Below, in pieces: positions 8,983 to 17,724 of a DNA stretch of 32,000 nt. The position numbers were made by a program, and so were the translations under genes. Location of the stretch: the NCBI GenBank assembly GCA_963699255.1, contig OY969425.1, positions 1,560,001 to 1,592,000 on the forward strand, read 5' to 3'. This stretch comes from an uncultured bacterium (GTDB lineage Bacteria > Margulisbacteria > WOR-1 > CAVSGV01). Within the stretch, counting starts at the first letter, position 1. Every line of letters begins with the position of its first letter. The notes below the pieces were generated by a model. It made no database searches. It was not told the DNA's origin and saw only the letters and a program-made list of their open reading frames with translations.

Positions 8983-9786
8983 GTGGCGATGAAGAACTTA
9001 TTTACGAGGTTAAAAGAAAAAGTTTTTAGTGGAGGTAGAAAAACCATGAAAAAGAAAAAACCGGCAAAAAAGACCCGTCCTGCAAAGCGCAAAGCGAAGC
9101 AGGCAAAACCGAAAAAAACGGCGAAGAAGGCAGCGAAGAAGATCGTAAAGAAACCGGCAAAGAAATCCGCTGTCAGGAAGGTAAAAGTTGTCTCAGCGCC
9201 CGTTTTGAAGAAATCAAAAAAAGAAGCGAAGATAAAGAAAGGTCCCCACATAGCGTACCTCGGGCTCGGCAGCAACGTGGGAGACAGGGATGAATACATA
9301 GAGCAGGCGATATTCCTTCTTTCAAAGACACAGGGGATAAAGGTCACGAAGAAATCCGCAAATTACGAGACAGAGCCGGAGGGCAACACGGACCAGCCCA
9401 AATTCCTTAACCTGGCGGTTCAGATACAGACAACGCTGGATCCTTACAAGCTCCTTTCGGTCCTCCATGATACGGAGAATGCATTGGGCAGGGAGCGCGA
9501 CGTGGAGTGGGGCCCCAGGACGATAGACCTGGACCTACTGCTTTACGATGATCTTATAATAAGCGACGACAAGCTCCAGATACCGCACCCGCTGCTTCAC
9601 GAGAGACTATTCGTCCTTAAGCCGCTTTCGGAGATCGCCCCGAATGCTGTACATCCGGCGCTGGAAAAGACGATCGCGGAAATATATGAGGAAAGAAAGA
9701 ACGACATCGGCGAAAAATATGATGATGAGCTGCCCGGATTCAAGGAAATAAAGAAGGGCACACCCGACGACTACGAGCGCTGGTGA
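8983..9786 (+). CDS. folK: HPPK (6-hydroxymethyl-7,8-dihydropterin pyrophosphokinase) with a lysine-rich N-terminal tail
   Basis: HPPK core [12 protein letters not shown]...PKFLNLAVQ...[19 protein letters not shown]...LQIPHP.L.ER.FVL.PL. It is preceded in frame by ~85 aa of K/A/P-rich sequence ([39 protein letters not shown]). Candidate starts are GTG 8983, ATG 8989 and ATG 9046 (GGAGG upstream). Confidence 0.85.
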   Translation: MAMKNLFTRLKEKVFSGGRKTMKKKKPAKKTRPAKRKAKQAKPKKTAKKAAKKIVKKPAKKSAVRKVKVVSAPVLKKSKKEAKIKKGPHIAYLGLGSNVGDRDEYIEQAIFLLSKTQGIKVTKKSANYETEPEGNTDQPKFLNLAVQIQTTLDPYKLLSVLHDTENALGRERDVEWGPRTIDLDLLLYDDLIISDDKLQIPHPLLHERLFVLKPLSEIAPNAVHPALEKTIAEIYEERKNDIGEKYDDELPGFKEIKKGTPDDYERW

Positions 9787-10205
9787 TCGCAACTAGGAAC
9801 CGCAAAGAGACCATACTTCTCGGCGAACGCATCGGAAAATCCCTCAAGGCAGGTGACGTTGTCGCGCTGTGCGGCGAGCTTGGAGCGGGAAAGACCACAC
9901 TGATCCAGGGAATCGCAAAGGGGCTCGGGATCAAGGATTGGGTGACAAGTCCTACCTTTACAATAATCAACGAGTTCAAGGGCCCGGTCGATCTGTATCA
10001 CATGGACCTTTACCGGATCGACAGGATAGATGAAGCCTTTGAAGATGAGATGGAAGAATATTTCACAAAGGGCGGGGTCACGGTGATAGAATGGGCGGAG
10101 AAAGCAAGGAAAATCCTTCCTGAAAGAACGAAAGAAATTAAATTGAAGATCTTGTCGGAGAATGAACGGATGATAGAGATCAAGGGGATAGAGATCAGAG
10201 ATTAG
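9783..10205 (+). CDS. tsaE: tRNA t6A37 biosynthesis ATPase TsaE
   Basis: 140 aa. Walker [20 protein letters not shown], then [12 protein letters not shown] and HMDLYR. The GTG start overlaps the folK stop (GTGA). Confidence 0.9.
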   Translation: MIATRNRKETILLGERIGKSLKAGDVVALCGELGAGKTTLIQGIAKGLGIKDWVTSPTFTIINEFKGPVDLYHMDLYRIDRIDEAFEDEMEEYFTKGGVTVIEWAEKARKILPERTKEIKLKILSENERMIEIKGIEIRD

Positions 10206-10249
10206 AGATCAGAAATGATAAGTAAGAAGTTAGAAGTGAGAAGTAAGAA

Positions 10250-10933
10250 ATGAAAGACGCGAAGGTCCTCGGTATAACAAGCGGGATCGGCATTATCGGC
10301 GCCGGTATATGCGGCGAAGATACCGTTCTGGCGGAGTGTTCCGTTTCTGGAAAGATCGTCCAGACGGAGAGGCTGATATCGCTCATCGATGATGTCCTCA
10401 AAAGAACAAAGCTCAGAATAAAAGACATCGATGCCGTTAGCGTCACCAACGGGCCCGGTTCATATTCGGGCCTCCGCGGAGGGCTGGCCACCGCGAAAGG
10501 GTTCGTGGAAGCGCTGGATATCCCCATTATCTCGGTCTCGACGCTTCACGCGATAGCTTACAATTTCGCAGACATTGAAGGGACCGTTGCCGTAGCCGTG
10601 AACGCCTGCAGGGATGATTATAATTTTTCCCTGTGGGGATCGAGCGGAGGTAAACTGAAAAGATTGACGGCAGACATTACTGTAAAGATCGACAGGATAA
10701 TCGAGGTCATGTCTTCCGTTAAAGGGAAGATCACTCTGGCTGCCGACGCAACGTTGAAAAAAACGGTCAAAAGCGATAATATTCTGCTCGCGGATCCGAG
10801 GAATACGGTCCCATGGGCCATGAATGTGGCGAGGATAGGTCTTGAGAAGCTGAGGAATAAAGAAGTCGAGGACTACATCAAGCTCTCGCCATCTTATTCG
10901 CACAAGCCGAACATAAGGGAGTACAGGAAATGA
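10250..10933 (+). CDS. tsaB: tRNA t6A37 biosynthesis protein TsaB
   Basis: 227 aa. ...IDAVSVTNGPGSYSGLRGGLATAKG...IP.I.VSTL pattern typical of TsaB/YeaZ. Confidence 0.85.
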   Translation: MKDAKVLGITSGIGIIGAGICGEDTVLAECSVSGKIVQTERLISLIDDVLKRTKLRIKDIDAVSVTNGPGSYSGLRGGLATAKGFVEALDIPIISVSTLHAIAYNFADIEGTVAVAVNACRDDYNFSLWGSSGGKLKRLTADITVKIDRIIEVMSSVKGKITLAADATLKKTVKSDNILLADPRNTVPWAMNVARIGLEKLRNKEVEDYIKLSPSYSHKPNIREYRK

Positions 10934-11704
10934 TACTGGACGAGATTGTAAAAGAAAAGCTGGTAGAGGTGGAAGCGCTTAAGGAGAAGATCAAGCTGCC
11001 GTTTGATATTGATAAGAGATACCCTGCCGAAGATCCGCGATTTCAAGAAAGCGATAACCAGGCGCGGCATGAACCTTATAGCCGAAACGAAAGCCGCATC
11101 GCCTTCCGCGGGAATGATATTCGATAAATATGCCCCCGAGAACATCGCCGCGATATATGAAAAAGCCGGGGCGGCAGCCGTATCCGTTCTGACCGACGCG
11201 ATATATTTCAACGGGAGCATCGATGACCTTGAGAGGGTAAAGAACTCGATCGGCCTCCCGGTCCTGAGAAAAGACTTTATAATCGATGAGGTCCAGATAT
11301 ACGAATCACGGCTTGAGGGCGCGGATGCAATACTTCTTATAGCCAGGATACTCGGCCGTGATGAGCTTGAAGATTTTATCAAGCTCACGGAGCAGCTCGG
11401 GATGGACGCGCTCGTGGAGGCGCACAATGCGAAAGAGGCGAGGTCGGCCCTTGACGCCGGCGCCAGGCTGATCGGGATAAACAACAGGGACCTGGACACT
11501 CTCAAAGTCGACCTGGATAACACCATCAGCATCATAAATGAGGTCCCCGAGCTGAAAAAGAAAGTGATCGTCTCGGAGAGCGGAATAAGCGAGAAGAGCC
11601 AGGTGGACCTTCTTCGCGCGGCGGGCGTGAAAGCCGTTCTCGTCGGCGAGGCGATACTTAAGAGCCCAGACATGCGCGTAAAGATCAGGGAACTGGTAGA
11701 ATGA
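10930..11704 (+). pseudogene. trpC: indole-3-glycerol-phosphate synthase, reading frame disrupted near 10964-11020
   Basis: The ATG at 10930 (ATGA overlap with the tsaB stop) encodes the typical IGPS N-terminus MILDEIVKEKLVEVEALKEK, but that frame ends at 11127. The rest of IGPS (LIAETKAASPSAG, AVSVLTD, LRKDFIID..Q, EAHN, IGINNRDL, VSESGI) is in the +1 frame, open from about 10964 to 11704. Confidence 0.8.
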
Positions 11705-11749
11705 ACGGGTCGGGGATCAGCGTATCATTATATAAATATAGAAAAGAGC

Positions 11750-12220
11750 TTATTTGGTTTCAACAGGAGTCCAAGGCACAATTACCTTGCCATCTTTATC
11801 TGTGATGGAATACTGATAACTTTTTACGCCTGATTCCTGGCCAACATTTGCCCAGGAGACCTTGAGCTGGTTTAAATCATTTATATTGGTTTCAACAGGA
11901 GTCCAAGGCACAATTACCTTGCCATCTTTATCTGTGATGGAATACTGGTAACTTTTTACGCCTGATCCTTGATTGCCAACAGGAGTCCAAGGCACAATGG
12001 TCTTGCCATCTTTATCTGTAATAGAATACTGATATTCTTTATATTCTGCATATTCTGCAATGCCTGATTCCGGATCTTCAGATGGCCACGTGGCTTTGAG
12101 TTGGCTTGAACTTTTATTGGTTTTTTTGTCATTTCCCGGATTGCCCTTTACCTTGTTTATTATCCCTTTGACGAAACCATACAAACCTTTGTTGACCGGC
12201 TGAATTGCCATGTTCATCAT
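11750..12220 (-). CDS. hypothetical repeat protein (three copies of ..ESGVKSYQYSITDKDGKVIVPWTPVE..)
   Basis: 153-156 aa, with no obvious signal peptide. AAGGAGG abuts three closely spaced ATGs (12220, 12217, 12211), so 12211 is the best-spaced start. The repeats resemble the N-terminal half of Ig/Fn3-like 'W..D.ESGI..Y.Y' modules. Confidence 0.6.
   Translation of the reverse strand: MMNMAIQPVNKGLYGFVKGIINKVKGNPGNDKKTNKSSSQLKATWPSEDPESGIAEYAEYKEYQYSITDKDGKTIVPWTPVGNQGSGVKSYQYSITDKDGKVIVPWTPVETNINDLNQLKVSWANVGQESGVKSYQYSITDKDGKVIVPWTPVETK
11755..12040 (-). repeat. in-frame tandem duplication (132-bp period, plus a third copy offset by 84 bp)
   Basis: An ~83-bp block starting TGGTTTCAACAGGAGTCCAAGGCACAATTACC occurs at 11755 and 11887 with a single mismatch. 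A diverged copy starts at about 11977. Confidence 0.9.
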
Positions 12221-12373
12221 CCTCCTTATGAAAAGAGACTTTGGACCATCATTTTCAGCTGCCTTATTTTACTCTATATTCTGTCGACAAACAATGCAAA
12301 GGCCGATCCAAAATCAGTATGTTATCATGACCCTCCAGGGGCGGGCCATGAAAAAGATCAGGGAATTAGTAGG

Positions 12374-12401
12374 TTGAAATCGAACAAACGTCTGTTATAA
12401 T
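12374..12401 (+). promoter_or_regulatory. extended -10 promoter implying a leaderless transcript of the 12408 ORF
   Basis: TTGAAA (12374-12379), 16-nt spacer ending in TGt, TATAAT (12396-12401). The ATG at 12408 is only 6 nt after the -10 and there is no Shine-Dalgarno. Confidence 0.55.
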
Positions 12402-12407
12402 CTTGCC

Positions 12408-12827
12408 ATGAAAAAAGACAAGCTCAGCAAAATGCAGTTCATAGTGAACAACGGCATAATCTACAACAAGAGGGACATGCTCATGCTCATCCGCGACCTG
12501 GGGAAAGTCTCATATTTCGAGCTGTCCGCCGGAAAGGTCGTAAGCAAGGGAAAGGGCTATGTGATGAGGGTCTGCTCCAATTCCGAGGAGCCCACTCTGT
12601 TCCTGGGAGGGCGGATATACATCAACGTGGGCAGCTTCAATTATCTGAAGCTGAAGAAGATAAAGGATGCCGACAACACTCTGTTCGAGCTTGTGGGCGA
12701 AGAGAGAACGATAAAACTCGTCCCGGACACATCCGATAAATCAGCGCTCCTGCCGGAGGAGTTCGCGGAGAACTTCATCGGGCTTGAAGGCATATTCCCT
12801 CCGGACTTCGACGCACCAGTTAACTGA
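12408..12827 (+). CDS. hypothetical protein
   Basis: 139-aa ORF with host-like composition. I recognise no motifs. Confidence 0.55.
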   Translation: MKKDKLSKMQFIVNNGIIYNKRDMLMLIRDLGKVSYFELSAGKVVSKGKGYVMRVCSNSEEPTLFLGGRIYINVGSFNYLKLKKIKDADNTLFELVGEERTIKLVPDTSDKSALLPEEFAENFIGLEGIFPPDFDAPVN

Positions 12828-12855
12828 GCTTAATGATCTATCCCGAGGTGAACAT

Positions 12856-13623
12856 ATGAAAAAACTATCGCTCATTCTTCTTGTCTGCATCACTTTTGCC
12901 GGAGGGGCTTTTGCCGGGACGTTCAAGATTACGAGCGTATATGATAAACCGACGGAAATAAAGGCTTACGATAAGGACAGCGGAAAATATTTATGGAGCT
13001 GCACGGATACTTTTACTACGTTTGAATCGGATAGGCAGTCTTTCATCCGCTTCACAGAGGACGGCGAAGGGCAGTACGGCAACGACAAGGGATTCAAGAC
13101 ATGGCACGCGGAATCGATATACCTCTATGAGAACGAGACGATAACCCCGCAAAGCACAAAGATCGAGTTCAAGGACAAGGACGGCGTACTGGTGGGGATG
13201 TTAAGGACGACCTTTGATACTAAAGAGGGGACCGTCAAATGCAAACTGCTGAACGACAAGAAAGAATTTGAATTCAAGGAAGGGCTGATAGATAAGGACG
13301 GCCTGGGAGTGGCGTTCATGAATTATTCAAACGACATACAAAAAGAATTTGTTTTCCCGATGCTGACGAACGAACCGTCTTTTTATAATATGACATTGGT
13401 CGACAAAGGGATAGATATTTTGACCGTTAACGGAGCGACGGTGGAATGCTACAAGATGCAGATGGTCCCGGACCTCGGCTTCCTGGGCATTTTCGCGCCT
13501 TTCGTTCCGAAGACATATTTCTGGTACAGGGCGGCCTTCCCACACGAATTCGTCCGCTACGAGGGACTTGAAAGCGGGCTGAACACCCCGTATATAGTAA
13601 TGAAAGTGGGAGAGCAGAAGTAG
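12856..13623 (+). CDS. hypothetical secreted protein
   Basis: The ATG at 12856 is preceded by GAGGTG. Signal peptide MKKLSLILLVCITFAGGAFAG. The 255-aa sequence looks beta-rich and I cannot assign a family. The longer ORF start at 12784 overlaps the upstream gene and lacks an RBS. Confidence 0.65.
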   Translation: MKKLSLILLVCITFAGGAFAGTFKITSVYDKPTEIKAYDKDSGKYLWSCTDTFTTFESDRQSFIRFTEDGEGQYGNDKGFKTWHAESIYLYENETITPQSTKIEFKDKDGVLVGMLRTTFDTKEGTVKCKLLNDKKEFEFKEGLIDKDGLGVAFMNYSNDIQKEFVFPMLTNEPSFYNMTLVDKGIDILTVNGATVECYKMQMVPDLGFLGIFAPFVPKTYFWYRAAFPHEFVRYEGLESGLNTPYIVMKVGEQK

Positions 13624-13697
13624 AGCTCAGAGATTAGAGATCAGAGATATGAGAAGAATCTAATCTCTAATCTCCGGTCTCTGGTCTCTTTTTTTAT
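13624..13697 (+). terminator. probable rho-independent terminator built from low-complexity GAGAT/ATCTC words
   Basis: AGATTAGAGAT (13631-13641) pairs perfectly with ATCTCTAATCT (13663-13673). A T-run follows at 13689-13696. Confidence 0.5.
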
Positions 13698-13701
13698 CAT
13701 C

Positions 13702-13730
13702 TTGCCGCTGCAGCAAATCTGTGGCATAAT
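13702..13730 (+). promoter_or_regulatory. candidate carAB promoter
   Basis: TTGCCG (13702-13707), 17-nt spacer ending in TGg, CATAAT (13725-13730), 19 nt upstream of the carA ATG. Confidence 0.4.
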
Positions 13731-13749
13731 CACTTTTTAAGTAACACAC

Positions 13750-14832
13750 ATGGCCACAAAATGCATTCTCGCGCTTGAAGACGGATCGATCTTTGAAGGT
13801 TTGGCTTGCGGAGCTCCCGGCGAATCTTACGGTGAAGTTGTTTTCAATACCTCAATGACCGGCTACCAGGAAGTCCTTACCGATCCCTCTTATAAAGGCC
13901 AGTTCGTGACAATGACCTACCCGCTCATAGGCAACTACGGCGTCAATAAAGAGGATATCGAATCCAGAAAACCGTGGGTGGAAGGCTTCATCATGAAGGA
14001 ATGCTCAAAGGTGACATCCAACTGGAGGGCCGTGAAATCCCTGCGCAATTATCTGAAAGAAAATAAGATCGTCGCTATCGAGGGGATCGATACCAGGGCC
14101 CTCACCAAACATCTGAGGGATTTCGGATCCAAGAAGGCCGTCATGTCTACTATTGATTCGGACCGTAAAAGGCTTGTCAAAAAAGCGAAAAATTCACCAA
14201 GCATCATCGGCGTGGACCTCGTTAAGGGAGTGACGTGCAAAAGCAAATATTCATGGAGCAGAAAAGGGAGATACAAGGTCGTCGTGCTCGACTGCGGGAT
14301 AAAATACAACAGCCTCAGGATGCTTGCACAGCGCGGATGCAGAGTGGAGGTCGTTCCCGCATCGACGACAGCTGAGCAGATCCTTAAACTCAAACCGGAC
14401 GGAATGCTTCTTTCTAACGGCCCCGGTGATCCAGAAGGCGTCCTGTATGTGATAGAGACGGTGAAAAAGCTGATCGGCAAGCTGCCGATCTTCGGGATAT
14501 GCCTGGGACACCAGATACTCGGCCTGGCGCTCGGCGGCAGGACCTACAAGCTGAAATTCGGCCACCACGGAGGGAACCATCCTGTGCGCGACCTGGCGAC
14601 GAAACGCGTCGCGATCACGACGCAGAACCACAACTTCTGCCTGGATGTCCGCTCGCTCAAAAAAATAGGCGTGGAGATAACTCACATCAACCTGAACGAC
14701 AACACCGTTGAAGGCATGAGGCATAAAAAGATCCCGTTATTCTCGGTGCAGTACCATCCGGAGGCCGGTCCGGGGCCGCATGACGCGGGATATCTGTTCG
14801 ACAGTTTCATAAAGATGATCAGGGAGAGCTGA
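13750..14832 (+). CDS. carA: carbamoyl-phosphate synthase small (glutaminase) subunit
   Basis: 360 aa. [30 protein letters not shown], the catalytic GICLGHQ, and QYHPEA.PGPHD. Confidence 0.95.
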   Translation: MATKCILALEDGSIFEGLACGAPGESYGEVVFNTSMTGYQEVLTDPSYKGQFVTMTYPLIGNYGVNKEDIESRKPWVEGFIMKECSKVTSNWRAVKSLRNYLKENKIVAIEGIDTRALTKHLRDFGSKKAVMSTIDSDRKRLVKKAKNSPSIIGVDLVKGVTCKSKYSWSRKGRYKVVVLDCGIKYNSLRMLAQRGCRVEVVPASTTAEQILKLKPDGMLLSNGPGDPEGVLYVIETVKKLIGKLPIFGICLGHQILGLALGGRTYKLKFGHHGGNHPVRDLATKRVAITTQNHNFCLDVRSLKKIGVEITHINLNDNTVEGMRHKKIPLFSVQYHPEAGPGPHDAGYLFDSFIKMIRES

Positions 14833-16499
14833 TGCCGAAACGCAAAGATATTAGATCGATATTGATAATAGGCTCCGGGCCGATAATCATCAGCCAGGCG
14901 TGCGAATTCGACTACTCCGGCACGCAGGCATGTCGAGTATTAAGAAGCGAAGGCTACAAGGTCATATTGATCAACAGCAATCCGGCTACGATAATGACCG
15001 ATCCTTCGGTCGCGGACCGCACTTACATCGAGCCCATAACTCCGGAGATCATCGAAAAGGTCATCAAAAAAGAAAGGCCGGACGCCATACTTCCCACTCT
15101 GGGAGGGCAGACGGCGCTTAACTCTGTCATCGCGGTCCACGACAGCGGAGTGCTGAGGAAATATAAGGTTGAGATGATCGGCGCCGACGCGGCCGCGATA
15201 AAAAAAGGGGAGGACAGGCTCCTTTTCAGGAAGGCGATGGAAAAGATAGGGCTTGATGTCCCGAAAAGCGGTATTGCGCGCAGCTACAAGGACGCTCTGA
15301 GCGTGATAAAGCGCATCGGATTCCCGGTGATAATACGCCCGAGTTTCACTCTGGGAGGCACGGGTCAGGCCGTCGCGTACAACATGGACGAATACAAAAG
15401 GTTCGTTAAGACCGGTCTTGAGGCAAGCCCCATCTCGGAGATCCTTGTGGAGCAGTCCGTCATGGGCTGGAAGGAATTCGAGCTTGAGGTGATGAGGGAC
15501 AAGGCGGATAACGTGGTCATAATATGCTCGATAGAGAATTTTGATCCGATGGGCGTCCACACGGGCGACAGCATAACGGTGGCTCCCATACAGACCCTGA
15601 CCGACTTTGAATACCAGAAGATGAGGGACGCGTCGATCGCGATAATACGGGAGATAGGCGTCGAGACCGGGGGATCCAACATCCAGTTCGCGGTCAACCC
15701 CGATAACGGAAGGATGGTCGTTATAGAGATGAACCCGCGTGTTTCCAGGTCTTCGGCGCTCGCGTCCAAGGCGACGGGATTCCCCATAGCGAAGATCGCC
15801 GCAAAACTCGCAGTCGGCTACACTCTGCCGGAGATACAGAATGACATAACGAAAAAAACCCCGGCCTGCTTCGAGCCGACGATAGATTACTGCGTGGTAA
15901 AGATCCCTCGGTTCACCTTCGAAAAATTCCCGGGTGCGGACACGACTCTCGGCCCGTCGATGAAATCCGTGGGCGAGACGATGTCGATAGGCAGGACGTT
16001 CAAGGAAGCGCTCAACAAGGGCCTGAGGTCGCTTGAGATAAAGAGCTTCGGGCTTGATGATGTCGCGAAGAAGAAGGGCCATGAGCCGACAAGAAAAGAG
16101 ATCATCGACAGGCTGAAAAGGCCGAACGCCGAGAGGATATTCTTCATCAAATACGCGATGGAAGCCGGATTTACCGTGGATGAAATATTCAAGCTGTCTT
16201 TCATCGACAGATGGTTCCTTCAGAACATAAAGGAGATCGTTGACTTCGAAAGATCGCTCGCAAAATTTAAAGGTAAGGCCATTCCTGCTGCCATGCTCCT
16301 TGAAGCGAAGAAGATGGGATTCTCCGATGTGCACCTGGGAAAGCTGCTGGGGACGGACGAGATATCCGTTCATGACCTGAGGAAGAAGCTAAAGATCAAA
16401 CCCGTGTATAAGCTTGTCGATACTTGTTCCGCGGAGTTCGAGGCTTTCACGCCGTATTATTATTCCACATACGAGATGGAAGACGAATCGAGAGTGTAA
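14832..16499 (+). CDS. carB: carbamoyl-phosphate synthase large subunit, N-terminal half only (split carB)
   Basis: 555 aa. [27 protein letters not shown]-grasp motifs, [21 protein letters not shown] and an oligomerisation-domain-like end ...[20 protein letters not shown], then a stop. TGATG overlap with carA. The second ATP-grasp/allosteric half is absent from this window. Confidence 0.9.
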   Translation: MPKRKDIRSILIIGSGPIIISQACEFDYSGTQACRVLRSEGYKVILINSNPATIMTDPSVADRTYIEPITPEIIEKVIKKERPDAILPTLGGQTALNSVIAVHDSGVLRKYKVEMIGADAAAIKKGEDRLLFRKAMEKIGLDVPKSGIARSYKDALSVIKRIGFPVIIRPSFTLGGTGQAVAYNMDEYKRFVKTGLEASPISEILVEQSVMGWKEFELEVMRDKADNVVIICSIENFDPMGVHTGDSITVAPIQTLTDFEYQKMRDASIAIIREIGVETGGSNIQFAVNPDNGRMVVIEMNPRVSRSSALASKATGFPIAKIAAKLAVGYTLPEIQNDITKKTPACFEPTIDYCVVKIPRFTFEKFPGADTTLGPSMKSVGETMSIGRTFKEALNKGLRSLEIKSFGLDDVAKKKGHEPTRKEIIDRLKRPNAERIFFIKYAMEAGFTVDEIFKLSFIDRWFLQNIKEIVDFERSLAKFKGKAIPAAMLLEAKKMGFSDVHLGKLLGTDEISVHDLRKKLKIKPVYKLVDTCSAEFEAFTPYYYSTYEMEDESRV

Positions 16500-16669
16500 G
16501 TAATGGCAATGAAGGCAAGTAAAGGCGGAACATGAAGGCGAAGATGGCATAAGGCTTACGGCATAAGGCGAAAAACTTAAAGTCTGATTTGCCCTGAGCC
16601 GTGTTCACTCAGCCCTAAGCCTTCCTTCTCCTCATTTGCCATCAATCGCCTTCCACATCTTGCCCCAAC

Positions 16670-16942
16670 TTAAAAACTCATCAACGCAAACCCTATGCCG
16701 ATCAACCACAGGACCCATGAGGCTATCCCGTGAAGGAGCCCTAATGTATTCAAGGCAAAATACATTCCGATCGCGAACAGCGCCCTTCCGAAAAATCCTC
16801 CGCCATGATGTCCGTGATGGTGAGTCCATTTGTGCCACGGTTTGCAGCAACTCTTGTCCCCGCACTCCTTCTCCATCTTCTTCCCGATCATCTTTCCTAT
16901 CTCATCCCATCCCTTTTCCGCCTTTACATTCTTTCTTGGCAT
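16670..16942 (-). CDS. small His/Cys-rich membrane protein (hypothetical)
   Basis: 90 aa. Soluble N-terminus with ECGDKSCCKPWHKWTHHHGHHGGG, followed by two hydrophobic segments. Confidence 0.5.
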   Translation of the reverse strand: MPRKNVKAEKGWDEIGKMIGKKMEKECGDKSCCKPWHKWTHHHGHHGGGFFGRALFAIGMYFALNTLGLLHGIASWVLWLIGIGFALMSF

Positions 16943-17061
16943 TCAAATCACCCCCTTTAAAAATTACCAATGACCAATTAACAATTACAAATTAATTTCC
17001 AATGACCCAATTGCCAATTGAGAATTGGCCATTTGTCATTCCTGTTTTCATCACCATAATA

Positions 17062-17691
17062 TCACTTTTCTTTCAAGAAACTTAAGAAAACAGGATCATA
17101 ACGGTACTCTACATTCATTCCCCTTATCGCGCCCGAATGGCTGCCGCCGTCGGAGACCGCGTCAAGAGCGTCTTTAACGGTATAACCCTTGTTCTGAACA
17201 AGATATTTTGCGATTATAAGCCCCGTCCTGTCCGCGCCCCACTTGCAATGTATATACACCGGCTTCTTTAAAGCCTCCTCGATCTTCGCCCACTGCCCCG
17301 CAGTCGGCGCCTTTAACCAGCTCAGTGGCACGTGAAGCCTCTTTATTCCCACCTTGTTCAGCATGCCTACATATCTGGCCTCGATGCTCTTGTCATCCTG
17401 AAGATCGACGACCGTTACGACTCCCCGCGACTTTAGATATTTTAATATGCTCATGACTTGCTTGTCCGGATTCTTGAAGTCGCTGACGGGACCAAGAGGA
17501 TGCCCGCCGGCGTGGATATGTCCGTCTATCACGCGGTAATTGTAGGGCAGGATGCCGGTCCCCGTTACCTTATCGTGTTCATATCTTAGACAACTTGACG
17601 ACGCCTGCGCGCAAAAAGCGGGAACGGACAGCGCGATCGCCGCTACCGCGATCCATACAAGTATTTTTTTCTTCGTATCTATTAGCTTCAT
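17062..17691 (-). CDS. secreted protein-tyrosine / dual-specificity phosphatase family protein
   Basis: 209 aa. Signal peptide (ILVWIAVAAIALSVPAFCAQA). CX5R P-loop HCKWGADRTG. Confidence 0.75.
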   Translation of the reverse strand: MKLIDTKKKILVWIAVAAIALSVPAFCAQASSSCLRYEHDKVTGTGILPYNYRVIDGHIHAGGHPLGPVSDFKNPDKQVMSILKYLKSRGVVTVVDLQDDKSIEARYVGMLNKVGIKRLHVPLSWLKAPTAGQWAKIEEALKKPVYIHCKWGADRTGLIIAKYLVQNKGYTVKDALDAVSDGGSHSGAIRGMNVEYRYDPVFLSFLKEK

Positions 17692-17724
17692 AAAGTTAGA
17701 TGTAAATTACCCGATCGATAACTA

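Noticed and set aside
10894-11673. 259-aa Ser-rich ORF antisense to trpC
   Set aside because: The translation is low-complexity and lies opposite conserved IGPS motifs.
14940-16373. 477-aa ORF on the - strand
   Set aside because: It is entirely antisense to the strongly conserved carB reading frame. The Arg/His/Leu-rich low-complexity translation is typical of a shadow ORF.
16968-16980. 13-mer CAATGACCAATTA shared with 20583-20595 (reverse complement), considered as a dispersed repeat family
   Set aside because: Matches of 13 nt are expected by chance roughly ten or more times in a 32-kb window counting both strands. Both sites are AT-rich low-complexity spacers. This is noted but not claimed.
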